DNA of 64,000 nucleotides from an uncultured Gammaproteobacteria bacterium (GTDB lineage Bacteria; Patescibacteriota; Patescibacteriia; Magasanikbacterales; GWA2-37-8): NCBI GenBank assembly GCA_964465205.1, contig CAYXJO010000001.1, positions 5,099 to 69,098 of the forward strand, read 5' to 3'. Shown piece by piece: positions 19,499 to 28,925 of this stretch (position 1 is its first letter; each line of letters starts with the position of its first letter). The notes under the pieces were generated by a model. It saw only the letters and a program-made list of their open reading frames with translations, ran no database searches and was not told where the DNA came from. The position numbers and the translations under genes were made by a program.

Positions 19499-19954
19499 TT
19501 AATTATTGGTACTGGTATTAATAGTGCTGGTATTAGCAGTGATGTTTGCAGTGCTGGATACCGTGGCGGTACTGGTGCTGATAGTCGATGAGACAGTACT
19601 GGTTGGCAAATTGGCGATAATGTTGTTCCAAGCGGTTTGGAGCTGGTTCGACAAAGATTGCTCTTGGCGCATTTGTTCGAATGATTGATCCCAATTTTCG
19701 CGTAATTTGGCGGTAAGCTGATCTTGGGTTGATTGCCAATTCAGATTGGTGAGTTGCAGTTTGAGTATCCAGATCCACCAAAATACTATGACTGCTAAAA
19801 ATATTACGAGTATGGTCCAAAGCCATTTACTGGCGCGAGCGGTATGGGCGTATTGACCGCTAATGTATTCTTTGATGTTTTGTTTTTCTTTCGGTCGAGT
19901 CGTTTTTTTCTGTTCCGCACCCTCTTTGGTTTTTTTTGCGGATTTTTTTGGCAT
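19499..19954 (-). CDS. Hypothetical single-pass membrane protein with Ser/Thr-rich low-complexity C-terminus
   Basis: Lys-rich N-terminus, one hydrophobic helix, and an S/T/N repeat tail. Confidence 0.5.
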   Translation of the reverse strand: MPKKSAKKTKEGAEQKKTTRPKEKQNIKEYISGQYAHTARASKWLWTILVIFLAVIVFWWIWILKLQLTNLNWQSTQDQLTAKLRENWDQSFEQMRQEQSLSNQLQTAWNNIIANLPTSTVSSTISTSTATVSSTANITANTSTINTSTNN

Positions 19955-19978
19955 ATAAATTTTTAAATTTATAATTGG

Positions 19979-20611
19979 CTAGTAGTTTTTTTCTAATACG
20001 TATAATTTGGTTTCTTCTTGCGGTAAATCTTTTTGTTTGATAATAAATTTTTTGTCAGTGGATTCCGGTTTTAATCCAAGTTCTTTGATAAATTCGCTTA
20101 CCGGTTTGGCACGCGGGTCGGTGTCGCACTGATGTCCTACCGGAATCACGATGCGCGGTTCCAGTGCGGTCACCATGGCAGCGGCGTTTTCGGGGGAAAG
20201 GTATTCACCGTCGCCCACTGGTAACAACAGAATATCTACCGCGCCGATTTTTTCCAAGTCATCATTTTCAAATTTGGTTTTTTGACGACCGAGGTGCAAA
20301 ATATTCATGCCTTCGGCGTTGATTTTGTAAATAACATTGCCGTTGGTACCGGGTAGGGCGTAGATCATCACGCCTTTGGTTTCGCATTCGCCCAATGTAT
20401 CCAATATGAATGGATTCTGTGATAGTGTGGCGGCATCTTCTTGGCCGCGAGAGTATAGAGCGATTTGCGGAGTAAAACTACGCGGAAAATCGCCTTTTTC
20501 CGGGCGATACGCATCGAGTAATATAACTACGTCTTCGTCTTGGTTTTTGGTTTGTAATTTGACACAGGTTTGGCCCAACCATTGGATATGCATAGGTTTT
20601 GGAATATTCAA
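19979..20611 (-). CDS. MBL-fold metallo-hydrolase (UPF0173-like)
   Basis: Beta-lactamase-fold metal-binding pattern (ILLDAYRPEKGD...HLGRQ...LLLPVGDGEY...PVGH). Confidence 0.65.
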   Translation of the reverse strand: MNIPKPMHIQWLGQTCVKLQTKNQDEDVVILLDAYRPEKGDFPRSFTPQIALYSRGQEDAATLSQNPFILDTLGECETKGVMIYALPGTNGNVIYKINAEGMNILHLGRQKTKFENDDLEKIGAVDILLLPVGDGEYLSPENAAAMVTALEPRIVIPVGHQCDTDPRAKPVSEFIKELGLKPESTDKKFIIKQKDLPQEETKLYVLEKNY

Positions 20612-20718
20612 AAATAGTCGCTAAACGACGTTGGTATTTTACCATATATATAATGTATAGGCAAGGGTTTGCGGAGGTGGTTTTGGCATGTTTAATCCAC
20701 CTGTAGTTATGCTCTCTA

Positions 20719-20747
20719 TTGACACCTTGATCTGTTTATGTTATACT
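20719..20747 (+). promoter_or_regulatory. Sigma70-like promoter TTGACA-N17-TATACT upstream of rpsA
   Basis: Consensus hexamers with a 17-nt spacer, about 170 nt upstream of the rpsA ATG. A structured GC-rich leader follows. Confidence 0.45.
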
Positions 20748-20921
20748 TTTTTCACAATCAATTTTCTCAAGCCAGCCCAATTTAGTGGCCGGCACTCGCT
20801 CCCGAGAAGGGGCCAAGCGGGCTAAGAATATTTTTTTGTTTATATGTGACATGAGTGAGGAAAAAACAAACTTGTTTGTTTTTCCGAGCGAATGAGCATA
20901 TATATAAAATGATTATATATT

Positions 20922-22145
20922 ATGGCTACTGCCAAAATAAAAATTGAAGAAAAAGGCGATTTCAAATCGCTCCTCGCCGACCATGGTGGCAATTTGCCCA
21001 AAGTTGGTGATGTGGTAAAAGGAAAAATTATTTCTGCCGATCGTCGCGAAATCCGTGTGGACATCGAAGGTTTGGCTATCGGTGTGATTCGAGGCACTGA
21101 ATTATTCGCCGAATCGCGCGAATACTCCAACCTCAAACCGGGTGACGAAGTAGAAGCTACTGTCGTGGAACTCGAAAACGAGAACGGTGAAATGGAACTA
21201 TCTTTCCGTTTGGCCGGCGAAGCTCGCGCTTGGGACAATCTACGCAAGTGGATGAAAGATGGTTTGACCATCAAATCCAAAGTACTCTCCGCCAACAAAG
21301 GTGGTATTATGATGCAAGTCGAAGGTATGGCCGGTTTTATGCCGGTATCCCAGCTTTCTCCGGATAATTATCCGCGTGTGGCTGGTGGCGACAAGAATCG
21401 CATCTTCGAAAAATTGCGTGAAATGGTAGGTAAAGAATTGGAAGTCAAAGTGATTGATGTAGACGAAAAAGAAGAAAAATTGATCGTATCCGAACGTGCA
21501 GTCTGGGAAGATTCCCAAAAAGCCGTGCTCGAACAATACAAAGTGGGTGATGTGGTGGATGGAGAAATCTCCGCCCTTACTTCCTTTGGTGCGTTCGTCA
21601 AATTCGGCGATAATTTGGAAGGCCTCATTCACATTTCCGAAATCGCTTGGCAACGTATCGATCATCCGAAAGATGTTTTGAAAGTTGGCGAAAAAGTGAA
21701 AGCTCAAATTATCCAACTCGATAAATCCAAAATTTATTTATCGGTGAAACGCACTGTGGATGATCCTTGGAAAAAAGCCAAAGATAAATATAAAGTAGGC
21801 GACAAGGTAAAAGGCAAAATCATCAAGATTGAACCGTTTGGTGTGATGGTTGCTCTCGACAAAGAAATCCATGGTTTAGCCCACATCTCGGAATTGTCCG
21901 ATGAGCCGATTGCCAACATCAACGACAAATTCAAATTAGGCCAAGAGGTAGAATTTGAAATCGTGTCGCTCGAACCAGCCGAACATCGCCTCGGTCTCAA
22001 AGCCGCCGGTGTAAAAGGCAAAGCCGGTCGCAAAGCCGAAAAAACCGAAAAAGCGGAGGAGAAAGAAGCGGATGTGAGCGAAGAAGGGGAAGAAAAGAAA
22101 GAGAAGAAAGAAAAGAAGACCAAAAAAGCCGCTAAAGCGGAATAA
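20922..22145 (+). CDS. rpsA: 30S ribosomal protein S1 (four S1 domains, Lys/Glu-rich tail)
   Basis: Repeated S1-domain pattern (GDVVKGKI..., GDEVEATV..., GKELEVKVIDVD..., GDKVKGKIIKIEPFG) and a K/E-rich C-terminus. Confidence 0.9.
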   Translation: MATAKIKIEEKGDFKSLLADHGGNLPKVGDVVKGKIISADRREIRVDIEGLAIGVIRGTELFAESREYSNLKPGDEVEATVVELENENGEMELSFRLAGEARAWDNLRKWMKDGLTIKSKVLSANKGGIMMQVEGMAGFMPVSQLSPDNYPRVAGGDKNRIFEKLREMVGKELEVKVIDVDEKEEKLIVSERAVWEDSQKAVLEQYKVGDVVDGEISALTSFGAFVKFGDNLEGLIHISEIAWQRIDHPKDVLKVGEKVKAQIIQLDKSKIYLSVKRTVDDPWKKAKDKYKVGDKVKGKIIKIEPFGVMVALDKEIHGLAHISELSDEPIANINDKFKLGQEVEFEIVSLEPAEHRLGLKAAGVKGKAGRKAEKTEKAEEKEADVSEEGEEKKEKKEKKTKKAAKAE

Positions 22146-22153
22146 AATAGATT

Positions 22154-22233
22154 AAAGGCGGATAAGTATATATTTTAGTGCCCAAGCTCCCTGCGGTCGA
22201 AGGGCACATAAAATACATATTTGTCCGCCTTTT
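22154..22233. repeat. REP-like palindromic element, family A copy 1 (core TAGTGCCCAAGCTCCCTGCGGTCGAAGGGCAC)
   Basis: Long AT-rich stem encloses a GC-rich core, immediately after the rpsA stop. Near-identical core at 24769-24845; diverged copy at 34111-34207. Confidence 0.6.
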
Positions 22234-22281
22234 TTATTTACCTAATTTTAGCCATTTTTTGGGTTATCCACAGGGTAACCC

Positions 22282-22310
22282 TTGACAAAATGGCTAAAAT
22301 GTGATAATAT
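22282..22310 (+). promoter_or_regulatory. Sigma70-like promoter TTGACA-N17-TAATAT
   Basis: Consensus -35/-10 with a 17-nt spacer. A DnaA-box-like TTATCCACA lies 10 nt upstream. The promoter reads into the 22.32-22.73 kb non-coding unit. Confidence 0.45.
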
Positions 22311-22317
22311 TAACCAT

Positions 22318-22730
22318 CTCGCTTTTGTGACAGGCAGGGGAATTATCTTGAGCTATTATACTCGCTCACACCTGTCTGGTCGCTAAATGCGAGACTCGCA
22401 AAAAAACGGCGCAACCCATTGCCGCCCAAAGCCTGGGCAAGGAGAAAAGTATGAGCTGGCCGTAGCGTAAATTTGTTCATTGATCTAACCGCCGCCGGGC
22501 ACGCGCAAACACATCACGCCAATAGCCCGCGGCACCATGTCTGAACCGCCGACAACGTTTCGTCGGCATGGAGGTGCGAAATGACCTGGACCTAGGTACT
22601 CTGGAATAAATTTTATGCGTCAACCAACTTCGAACCCGCCGACCAACTGTCGGCATGGAGGTGCGACATGACCTGGCCCTAGCTCTTTCGACCACCCCCC
22701 TCGGCTATGATATGCCGGGGGTTTTTATTT
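22318..22730 (+). ncRNA. Candidate ~400-nt non-coding/leader transcript (promoter to terminator), with tandem 35-bp repeats and three SD-preceded 4-codon mini-ORFs
   Basis: Bounded by the 22282 promoter and the 22695-22730 terminator. No ORF of 60 aa or more on the plus strand. Mid-GC structured sequence in AT-rich surroundings. Identity not established. Confidence 0.3.
22695..22730 (+). terminator. Rho-independent terminator (CCCCCCTCGGC...GCCGGGGG + T-run)
   Basis: 8-bp G/C stem followed by TTTTTATTTTTATT. Confidence 0.6.
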
Positions 22731-22817
22731 TTATTCATAATTTTTTACCAAATAGTCGAACCTTGATTTTTCTCTCGTTTCGCGCTATAATAGGATAACT
22801 TTTTGAATATTAAGTTT

Positions 22818-22911
22818 GGCCTGTCAATTATATTTTGAACGGGTTGTGCCGCCGGGTGGCACCCTTTTCGCGCTCGCGCGCGAAAGAAGTGAAAAATATA
22901 ATTGACAGGCC
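22818..22911 (+). promoter_or_regulatory. 18-bp perfect inverted repeat (GGCCTGTCAATTATATTT / AAATATAATTGACAGGCC) enclosing two GC hairpins, 20 nt upstream of the ftsH ATG
   Basis: Arms at 22818-22835 and 22894-22911. Inner hairpins GTGCC-GCCGGGT-GGCAC and TTCGCGC-TC-GCGCGAA. Confidence 0.45.
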
Positions 22912-22930
22912 ATAATTTAAAAAATATCTT

Positions 22931-24760
22931 ATGAAAGACTTTATCAAAAATTTTATTATTATTTTTGTAGTATTGCTAGTGGTAGCCGGGATTTTGTCAT
23001 CCGTGCGTATGGGTGATAGCAAAAAACCGGAAACTGTCGGGTTGGTACAGCTCGCCGATGAGATCAATGCCGGCAAAGTGAATCGTGTAGTCGTAGAAGG
23101 CGACATGATAAAAGTGGAGCTTAAAGACAGTTCGGCGAAATCCCAACAAGTGAAAAAAGAATCGGGCGAATCATTTGGTGAACTCATGAAAAACTACGGT
23201 GTCACCGACGATGCGCGCAAAAATTTGCAAGTGGAAATTAAAGACGAAAGCTCGCTCAAATTTTGGGCGATCAATTTGTTGCCGGCGATTTTGCCGCTTG
23301 TGATTATCATATTATTTTTGTACTTCATGACCCGCAGTGTATCGGGGGCCAACAATCGCGCGATGGGATTTGGTACCAGTAATCCGCGTGAAGTAAAGCC
23401 AGAAGAGAATAAAGACAAGAAAACTTTTGCCGACGTGGCCGGTGCCAAAGAAGCCAAACAAGAATTGGAAGAAGTGGTAGATTTTCTCAAAGACCCAAAA
23501 AAGTTTTCGGCCATGGGCGCCAAAATTCCCAAGGGCGTATTGCTCATGGGTAGCCCTGGTACCGGTAAAACTTTGCTCGCCAAGGCGGTCGCCGGAGAAG
23601 CGGGTGTACAATTTTTCCACATGTCCGGCTCGGAATTTGTCGAGATGTTTGTGGGTGTGGGTGCCAGTCGTGTACGTGATTTGTTTGGCAAAGCCAAAAA
23701 AGCCGCGCCGGCTATTGTGTTTATTGATGAGATTGATGCGGTGGGTCGCAGACGTGGCGCTGGGCTTGGCGGCGGACATGATGAGCGCGAACAAACCCTC
23801 AACCAAATACTCGTAGAGATGGATGGTTTTGAACCCAATCTCGGTGTAATAGTGATGGCTGCCACCAATCGTCCCGATGTGCTCGATCCGGCGTTGCTTC
23901 GCCCTGGTCGTTTTGATCGTCGGGTGACTATCGATTTACCGGATATCAACGATCGTGAAGAAATTCTCGGTATTCATGCCAAGAATAAACCGCTTGCCAA
24001 AGAAGTTTCTTTGCGCAAATTAGCCGAACGCACACCCGGATTTTCCGGCGCTGATTTGGCCAACTTGCTCAACGAAGCAGCGATTCTGGCAGTACGTCGC
24101 GGCAAAAAGCAAATTGAAGAAATTGAAATTTTGGAAAGTGTGGAGAAGGTGTTGCTTGGTCCGGAAAGAAAAAATAGAATTATTTCCGAAAAAGAAAAAA
24201 AGATGACCGCGTATCACGAAGCCGGCCACGCGATCGTTGGTCACTTGTTGCCAAATTGTGATCCGATTCGCAAAGTGTCAATTATCTCGCGCGGGTCGGC
24301 CGGGGGCTATACTCTCAAAATGCCGACCGAGGACAAACATTATCATACTCTGGCGCAGTTCAAAGACGAACTCGCAATGACCATGGGCGGATATGTAGTG
24401 GAAAAAATGATTTTTGGCGATGATCAAATTTCTACCGGGCCATCATCGGATTTGGCCAACGCCACGCGTATTGCGCGCGATATGGTGATGCGCTATGGTA
24501 TGAGCGACAAAATGGGGGCGCGCACTTTTGGTACGCATGATGAAATGATCTTTTTGGGTCGCGAGATTCACGAAGAACGCGATTATAGTGATAAGACCGC
24601 GGAAATCATTGATAACGAAATTCACTCTTTGATCACAGAAGCCGAAAAACGCGCACGCGAAGTGGTGGGTGCAAACAAAGAAAAAATGGAAAAGATGGTA
24701 GCGGTACTACTCGAAAAAGAGACGATTGAGCAGGAAGAGATTGTGGAGATTTTGAAATAA
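22931..24760 (+). CDS. ftsH: ATP-dependent zinc metalloprotease FtsH
   Basis: Walker A GSPGTGKT, Walker [10 protein letters not shown], second region of homology, and zinc-binding HEAGHA. N-terminal TM segments. Confidence 0.95.
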   Translation: MKDFIKNFIIIFVVLLVVAGILSSVRMGDSKKPETVGLVQLADEINAGKVNRVVVEGDMIKVELKDSSAKSQQVKKESGESFGELMKNYGVTDDARKNLQVEIKDESSLKFWAINLLPAILPLVIIILFLYFMTRSVSGANNRAMGFGTSNPREVKPEENKDKKTFADVAGAKEAKQELEEVVDFLKDPKKFSAMGAKIPKGVLLMGSPGTGKTLLAKAVAGEAGVQFFHMSGSEFVEMFVGVGASRVRDLFGKAKKAAPAIVFIDEIDAVGRRRGAGLGGGHDEREQTLNQILVEMDGFEPNLGVIVMAATNRPDVLDPALLRPGRFDRRVTIDLPDINDREEILGIHAKNKPLAKEVSLRKLAERTPGFSGADLANLLNEAAILAVRRGKKQIEEIEILESVEKVLLGPERKNRIISEKEKKMTAYHEAGHAIVGHLLPNCDPIRKVSIISRGSAGGYTLKMPTEDKHYHTLAQFKDELAMTMGGYVVEKMIFGDDQISTGPSSDLANATRIARDMVMRYGMSDKMGARTFGTHDEMIFLGREIHEERDYSDKTAEIIDNEIHSLITEAEKRAREVVGANKEKMEKMVAVLLEKETIEQEEIVEILK

Positions 24761-24768
24761 AAATTTTT

Positions 24769-24845
24769 AAGACGGATAATATATATTTTAGTGCCCAAGC
24801 TCCCTTGCGGTCGAAGGGCACGTAAAATATATATTATCCGTCTTT
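24769..24845. repeat. REP-like palindromic element, family A copy 2
   Basis: Core TAGTGCCCAAGCTCCCTTGCGGTCGAAGGGCAC flanked by AT-rich complementary arms, directly after the ftsH stop. Confidence 0.6.
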
Positions 24846-24866
24846 TGTATTCTGTTTACCCATAAA

Positions 24867-25901
24867 ATGTGGTATAATACCCATACTAATCTTTTAGCTA
24901 TTTTTTCTATGCACGAGCCCGTTTACCGCCAGGCCATAATCCAATCTTGGAAGTTGGTTTGGCATCATAAAGTCTTGTGGGTTTTTGGTTTGCTGTCGGT
25001 ACTTATCGGCCAGTTTGGCCTCGGTGATTTTTTTGGACAATTAATCACCTTCGGCAAACAAATTTTTATTTCCAATGGCCAGTTGGCACTCAATGTCACT
25101 CTGTACAGTTCGGCCAAATTGACTTTCTTTGAATTTCTCAACTGGCTTTCTGTCGGCACGCTGTGTCTGTCATTATTAGTGTTGACTGTTTTTGTTGCTG
25201 TTACTGCCCAAGGGGCGCTGATGGCCGCGGCCATCGATTGGTACAAAAAACGCAAATTAGACAGCTTTGCCCAAGCGTGGCACAAGGGCGTTCAACATTT
25301 TTGGAAAATTTTAGGCATCAATGTTTTGACCAAATTGTTATTGGGAGCATTACTGTTATCGGTATTATATGTTTGGGCCACTATTGTGCCGAGTTATAAT
25401 TATTACGCGAATAATTTTTTCAGCCACGAACTGGTGGTATTTGTTTTGGCTGTGGTGATGTTTGTGGCGTTTATCGTTTCGGCTGTGTCTATTTATGCTT
25501 TGGGTTACGTAATGTCCGAAGACGCCGGTATATTTACCGCTATTTACAAAGGCTGGAGATTGTTTACGCATCATGTGTTGGCATCTATCGAACTGAATTT
25601 ACTGCTGTTATTGATTGGGTTTGTGCTTATTATGGTGTTGGTATTCGGATCGTTTTTTGCCCTAATTCCGCCTTTGGTATTTTGGCTACTCGGCATACTC
25701 TTTAGCTCGGTTTGGGTGATCAAAATAGGTTCGGGTTTGGCACTGGTACTACTCGCTTTGTTATTTATTGTCAGCGCCGCGCTATTCAATGCTTTTTCTA
25801 CCAGTGCATGGATGTATTTGTATATGAAGATGCACCACGAAGGTATTGCCAGTCGCCTAGGCCATTGGGCGCATCATTTGTTGGGAGGTAAACATAAATA
25901 G
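24867..25901 (+). CDS. Hypothetical polytopic membrane protein
   Basis: 344 aa with at least six hydrophobic helices. No catalytic motif identified. Confidence 0.5.
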   Translation: MWYNTHTNLLAIFSMHEPVYRQAIIQSWKLVWHHKVLWVFGLLSVLIGQFGLGDFFGQLITFGKQIFISNGQLALNVTLYSSAKLTFFEFLNWLSVGTLCLSLLVLTVFVAVTAQGALMAAAIDWYKKRKLDSFAQAWHKGVQHFWKILGINVLTKLLLGALLLSVLYVWATIVPSYNYYANNFFSHELVVFVLAVVMFVAFIVSAVSIYALGYVMSEDAGIFTAIYKGWRLFTHHVLASIELNLLLLLIGFVLIMVLVFGSFFALIPPLVFWLLGILFSSVWVIKIGSGLALVLLALLFIVSAALFNAFSTSAWMYLYMKMHHEGIASRLGHWAHHLLGGKHK

Positions 25902-25903
25902 TT

Positions 25904-27637
25904 ATGTCCAATGCTTTTCCGTCTATTAATGATTTGATCAAAAAACCGGCAGCCGCCGGCACCAAAAAAAAGGTTGACCCCAAAGATATAGACAATCCGC
26001 TGGTGAAATTTGATCAAAAAATGGAGGAAATAAATTTGAAACAAAAAGAAGAAGAAGCGCAAATCAAAGCCGCTGAGTTGGGTGTGCCATACATTGACCT
26101 GTCGGCATTTCCGGTATCATCCGAAGCGCTCAAAGCTATCCCCGAAGCAGTAGCGCGTGAAAAAAATATTATTTGTTTCTATTTTACTTCCGATGAATTG
26201 CGCGTGGGTGTGCTTGACCCGACTTTGGATTACAAAGAATTTATCTATCAGCTGGGCGAACGTTTTCATACCACCAATATTGTGGTGCATTTGATTTCTG
26301 AACATAGTTTGCAAAGAGTATTCAAACTTTATGGCACTTTGCCGATTATCAAGCCGATTACCAAAGATCTGAATATTACCGACGAGGAGTTGGCCAAATT
26401 TCAGTCCGGATTGGATAACTTACAAGCGATTCAAGAATTATTTAAAAATGTCAGCATCTCGGACATTGTCACTTTGATTATCGCTTCGGCGCTCAAAGTA
26501 CGTTCGTCCGATATTCATATTGAAGCCGAAGAAAAGGGTGTGGCGATTCGTTATCGTATCGACGGTGTTTTGCACGAAATCGGCATGTTGCCGCGCGATC
26601 TATGGAAGCGATTTATTTCGCGTATCAAATTACTTGCGGCTCTGAAAATTAATGTCACGGATATTCCACAAGACGGCCGTGTTACTTTGAAATTATCCAG
26701 TGGGAGCATCGATGTGCGTGTCTCCACCATGCCAACCACTTGGGGCGAAAGTGTGGTAATGCGTATCTTGTTTAGTGGCAACAAAGGTGTCACCTACGAT
26801 GAATTAGGGCTGCGCGGCGAGGCGTTTAGTCATCTCAAGCGCGAAGTGGAGCGCCCCAACGGCATGATCATCACCACCGGTCCGACCGGCTCGGGTAAGA
26901 CTACTACTTTGTATGCCATTTTGCGGACGCTCAATAAGCCGGGAGTAAAGATCATTACTATGGAGGATCCGGTCGAAATAAAAATGGAAGGCATTAATCA
27001 AAGCCAGGTGGATGCTTCCAAAGATTATACTTTTGCCAAAGGTCTGCGTAGTATCTTGCGTCAAGATCCGGATATTTGTATGGTTGGTGAAATTCGTGAT
27101 TTGGAATCCGCGGAAATTTCCATTCAAGCCGCCTTGACCGGTCACTTATTGCTCTCTACTATTCACACCAATAGCGCGGCCGGCGCCATACCGCGCTTCC
27201 TGTCTATGGGTGTCAAGCCGTTTTTGCTTGCTCCCGCGCTCAATGCGGTGATTGGTCAACGTTTGGTGCGTCGCAATTGTGAACATTGTACCGCAGAGGT
27301 TCAGATTGATGATGACACGAAAAAACGCGTCTTGCCGATACTCGAATCATTGCCAGAAGCGGAAAAGAAAAATGTTAAATTGGATGACTTGCATTTTTAT
27401 GAAGGTAAGGGCTGTCCGGAGTGTAGTGGGTTGGGGTACAAGGGGCGTATTGGTATTTACGAGATTTTTACCATGAATCAAGAGGTAGAAGAAATAATTT
27501 TGAGTGCGAAAGTGTCGGAATATGTTATTCAGGATATCGCTACCAAAAATGGCATGGTAACTATGGTACAAGATGGTGTGTTGAAAGCTTTAGACAAGAT
27601 TACTTCATTAAAAGAAGTGTTTAGAGTTACCGAATAA
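25904..27637 (+). CDS. Type IV pilus assembly / type II secretion ATPase (PilB/GspE family)
   Basis: N-terminal GSPII_E-like region, Walker A TGPTGSGKTTT, Asp and His boxes, and the tetracysteine motif CEHC...CPEC. Confidence 0.85.
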   Translation: MSNAFPSINDLIKKPAAAGTKKKVDPKDIDNPLVKFDQKMEEINLKQKEEEAQIKAAELGVPYIDLSAFPVSSEALKAIPEAVAREKNIICFYFTSDELRVGVLDPTLDYKEFIYQLGERFHTTNIVVHLISEHSLQRVFKLYGTLPIIKPITKDLNITDEELAKFQSGLDNLQAIQELFKNVSISDIVTLIIASALKVRSSDIHIEAEEKGVAIRYRIDGVLHEIGMLPRDLWKRFISRIKLLAALKINVTDIPQDGRVTLKLSSGSIDVRVSTMPTTWGESVVMRILFSGNKGVTYDELGLRGEAFSHLKREVERPNGMIITTGPTGSGKTTTLYAILRTLNKPGVKIITMEDPVEIKMEGINQSQVDASKDYTFAKGLRSILRQDPDICMVGEIRDLESAEISIQAALTGHLLLSTIHTNSAAGAIPRFLSMGVKPFLLAPALNAVIGQRLVRRNCEHCTAEVQIDDDTKKRVLPILESLPEAEKKNVKLDDLHFYEGKGCPECSGLGYKGRIGIYEIFTMNQEVEEIILSAKVSEYVIQDIATKNGMVTMVQDGVLKALDKITSLKEVFRVTE

Positions 27638-27724
27638 TAGGCGCGGATAGATTTTTGTGGTATAATATCGGCAGAGACAAATTTTATACTCTATTTTCGG
27701 ATAAATAAATATTATTCATACAAT

Positions 27725-28867
27725 ATGATTGCCCACCGTGTTCAAACCAAACACAATATTGAGCCACCGGTCAAATTTTATCGTACCGTAGCGGTGTCAT
27801 TTTTGATTATCACTGTCGTACTACTTGGATTAGTGATTTTTGTTACTACCAAAAAAGCGAATATCGTGGTAGTAGCCAAAGATGATGTGAAAAATATTAA
27901 TTTATCGGTGAATGTGGAGGGTGTGGCCAAGCCCGAGCAATCAATTATTGGTACCGTTACTTCTACCCAATTCGCGTGGAGTGAAAAATATTTTCCGACA
28001 GGAAATAAAAGTGTGGATATGGTAGCTGAAGGCACGGTGATTCTTTATAACAAGACTGGGCAAACCCAGAGTCTAATCAAAACCACTCGTTTGCTTACTC
28101 CTAGTGGTACATTATTTAGATTATCTGATCGAGCAATTATTCCGGCAATGGGTCAGGTAGAGGCCAAAGTATATGCCGATGCGCCGGGCGCGGCCAGTGA
28201 GATTGGGCCAAACCAATTCACCATTCCCGGGCTTCCGGCCGACAAACAAAAAGTAATTTATGCCGAAAGCAAAAAACCTATGGTAGGGGGTGTGCGCAAG
28301 ATCGGGATTTTGACCGACGAAGATATCAAAGCCGCACAAGAAAATTTTAAGGAAAAAATAAAACAGTCTTTTGTAAATTCTTTGCCACGTAGTGAAAATA
28401 CCAAAGTTATTCCTCTGGTGGCCAACACCAATATCACTGTGGACAAAACCGTAGGCAGCGAAGTGTCAGAGTTTACTCTAAGTGGTACCAGCACGATTGT
28501 GACGGTATCGTACAATGCGAAAGATTTGAATATGATTGTACAGCGTGGTATGGCCGAAAAAGTAGATACGATTTCCGAGAAAATCATTTCTACCAGTGGC
28601 GAACCCCAGGTGTCGTTGGTAGCGTATGACGCGTCGGCTGGCACCGCGCAAATCGCCGTGACCCAGAGTTTGGTGGTGACTATTGATGCCAACGCGGACA
28701 AATTGAATGTCAATAATTTTTTGGGAAAAGATAAAGATGAAATCGAGCGTTATGTTTTGGGACTGGATCATGTGTCGGGAGTGGAAGTAAAATTTTCTCC
28801 TGGTTGGATGAGGAGTGCGCCTAGCGTGCCGGACAGAATTAGTGTGGTGGTAAAAAATGTAAAATAA
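27725..28867 (+). CDS. Hypothetical N-terminally anchored protein, possibly pilus-associated
   Basis: One N-terminal TM helix then a predicted extracytoplasmic domain. Sits immediately downstream of pilB. Confidence 0.5.
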   Translation: MIAHRVQTKHNIEPPVKFYRTVAVSFLIITVVLLGLVIFVTTKKANIVVVAKDDVKNINLSVNVEGVAKPEQSIIGTVTSTQFAWSEKYFPTGNKSVDMVAEGTVILYNKTGQTQSLIKTTRLLTPSGTLFRLSDRAIIPAMGQVEAKVYADAPGAASEIGPNQFTIPGLPADKQKVIYAESKKPMVGGVRKIGILTDEDIKAAQENFKEKIKQSFVNSLPRSENTKVIPLVANTNITVDKTVGSEVSEFTLSGTSTIVTVSYNAKDLNMIVQRGMAEKVDTISEKIISTSGEPQVSLVAYDASAGTAQIAVTQSLVVTIDANADKLNVNNFLGKDKDEIERYVLGLDHVSGVEVKFSPGWMRSAPSVPDRISVVVKNVK

Positions 28868-28884
28868 ATTTTAAAAATAAAATT

Positions 28885-28908
28885 CCCCCGGTTGAGCCGG
28901 GGGTTTTG
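28885..28908. terminator. Bidirectional terminator hairpin CCCCCGGTTGAGCCGGGGG
   Basis: Perfect 7-bp G/C stem with T-runs on both strands, between convergent genes. Confidence 0.6.
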
Positions 28909-28925
28909 TTTGTTGTACGGTTCGG

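Noticed and set aside
22563-22682. Two 35-bp direct repeats considered as a possible CRISPR array
   Set aside because: Only two copies, imperfect, no regular spacer architecture, no cas genes. Interpreted as an RNA/leader repeat instead.
22477-22695. 72-aa Arg-rich minus-strand ORF across the tandem-repeat non-coding unit
   Set aside because: No RBS, extreme Arg content, and it spans a promoter/terminator-bounded plus-strand unit. Judged spurious.
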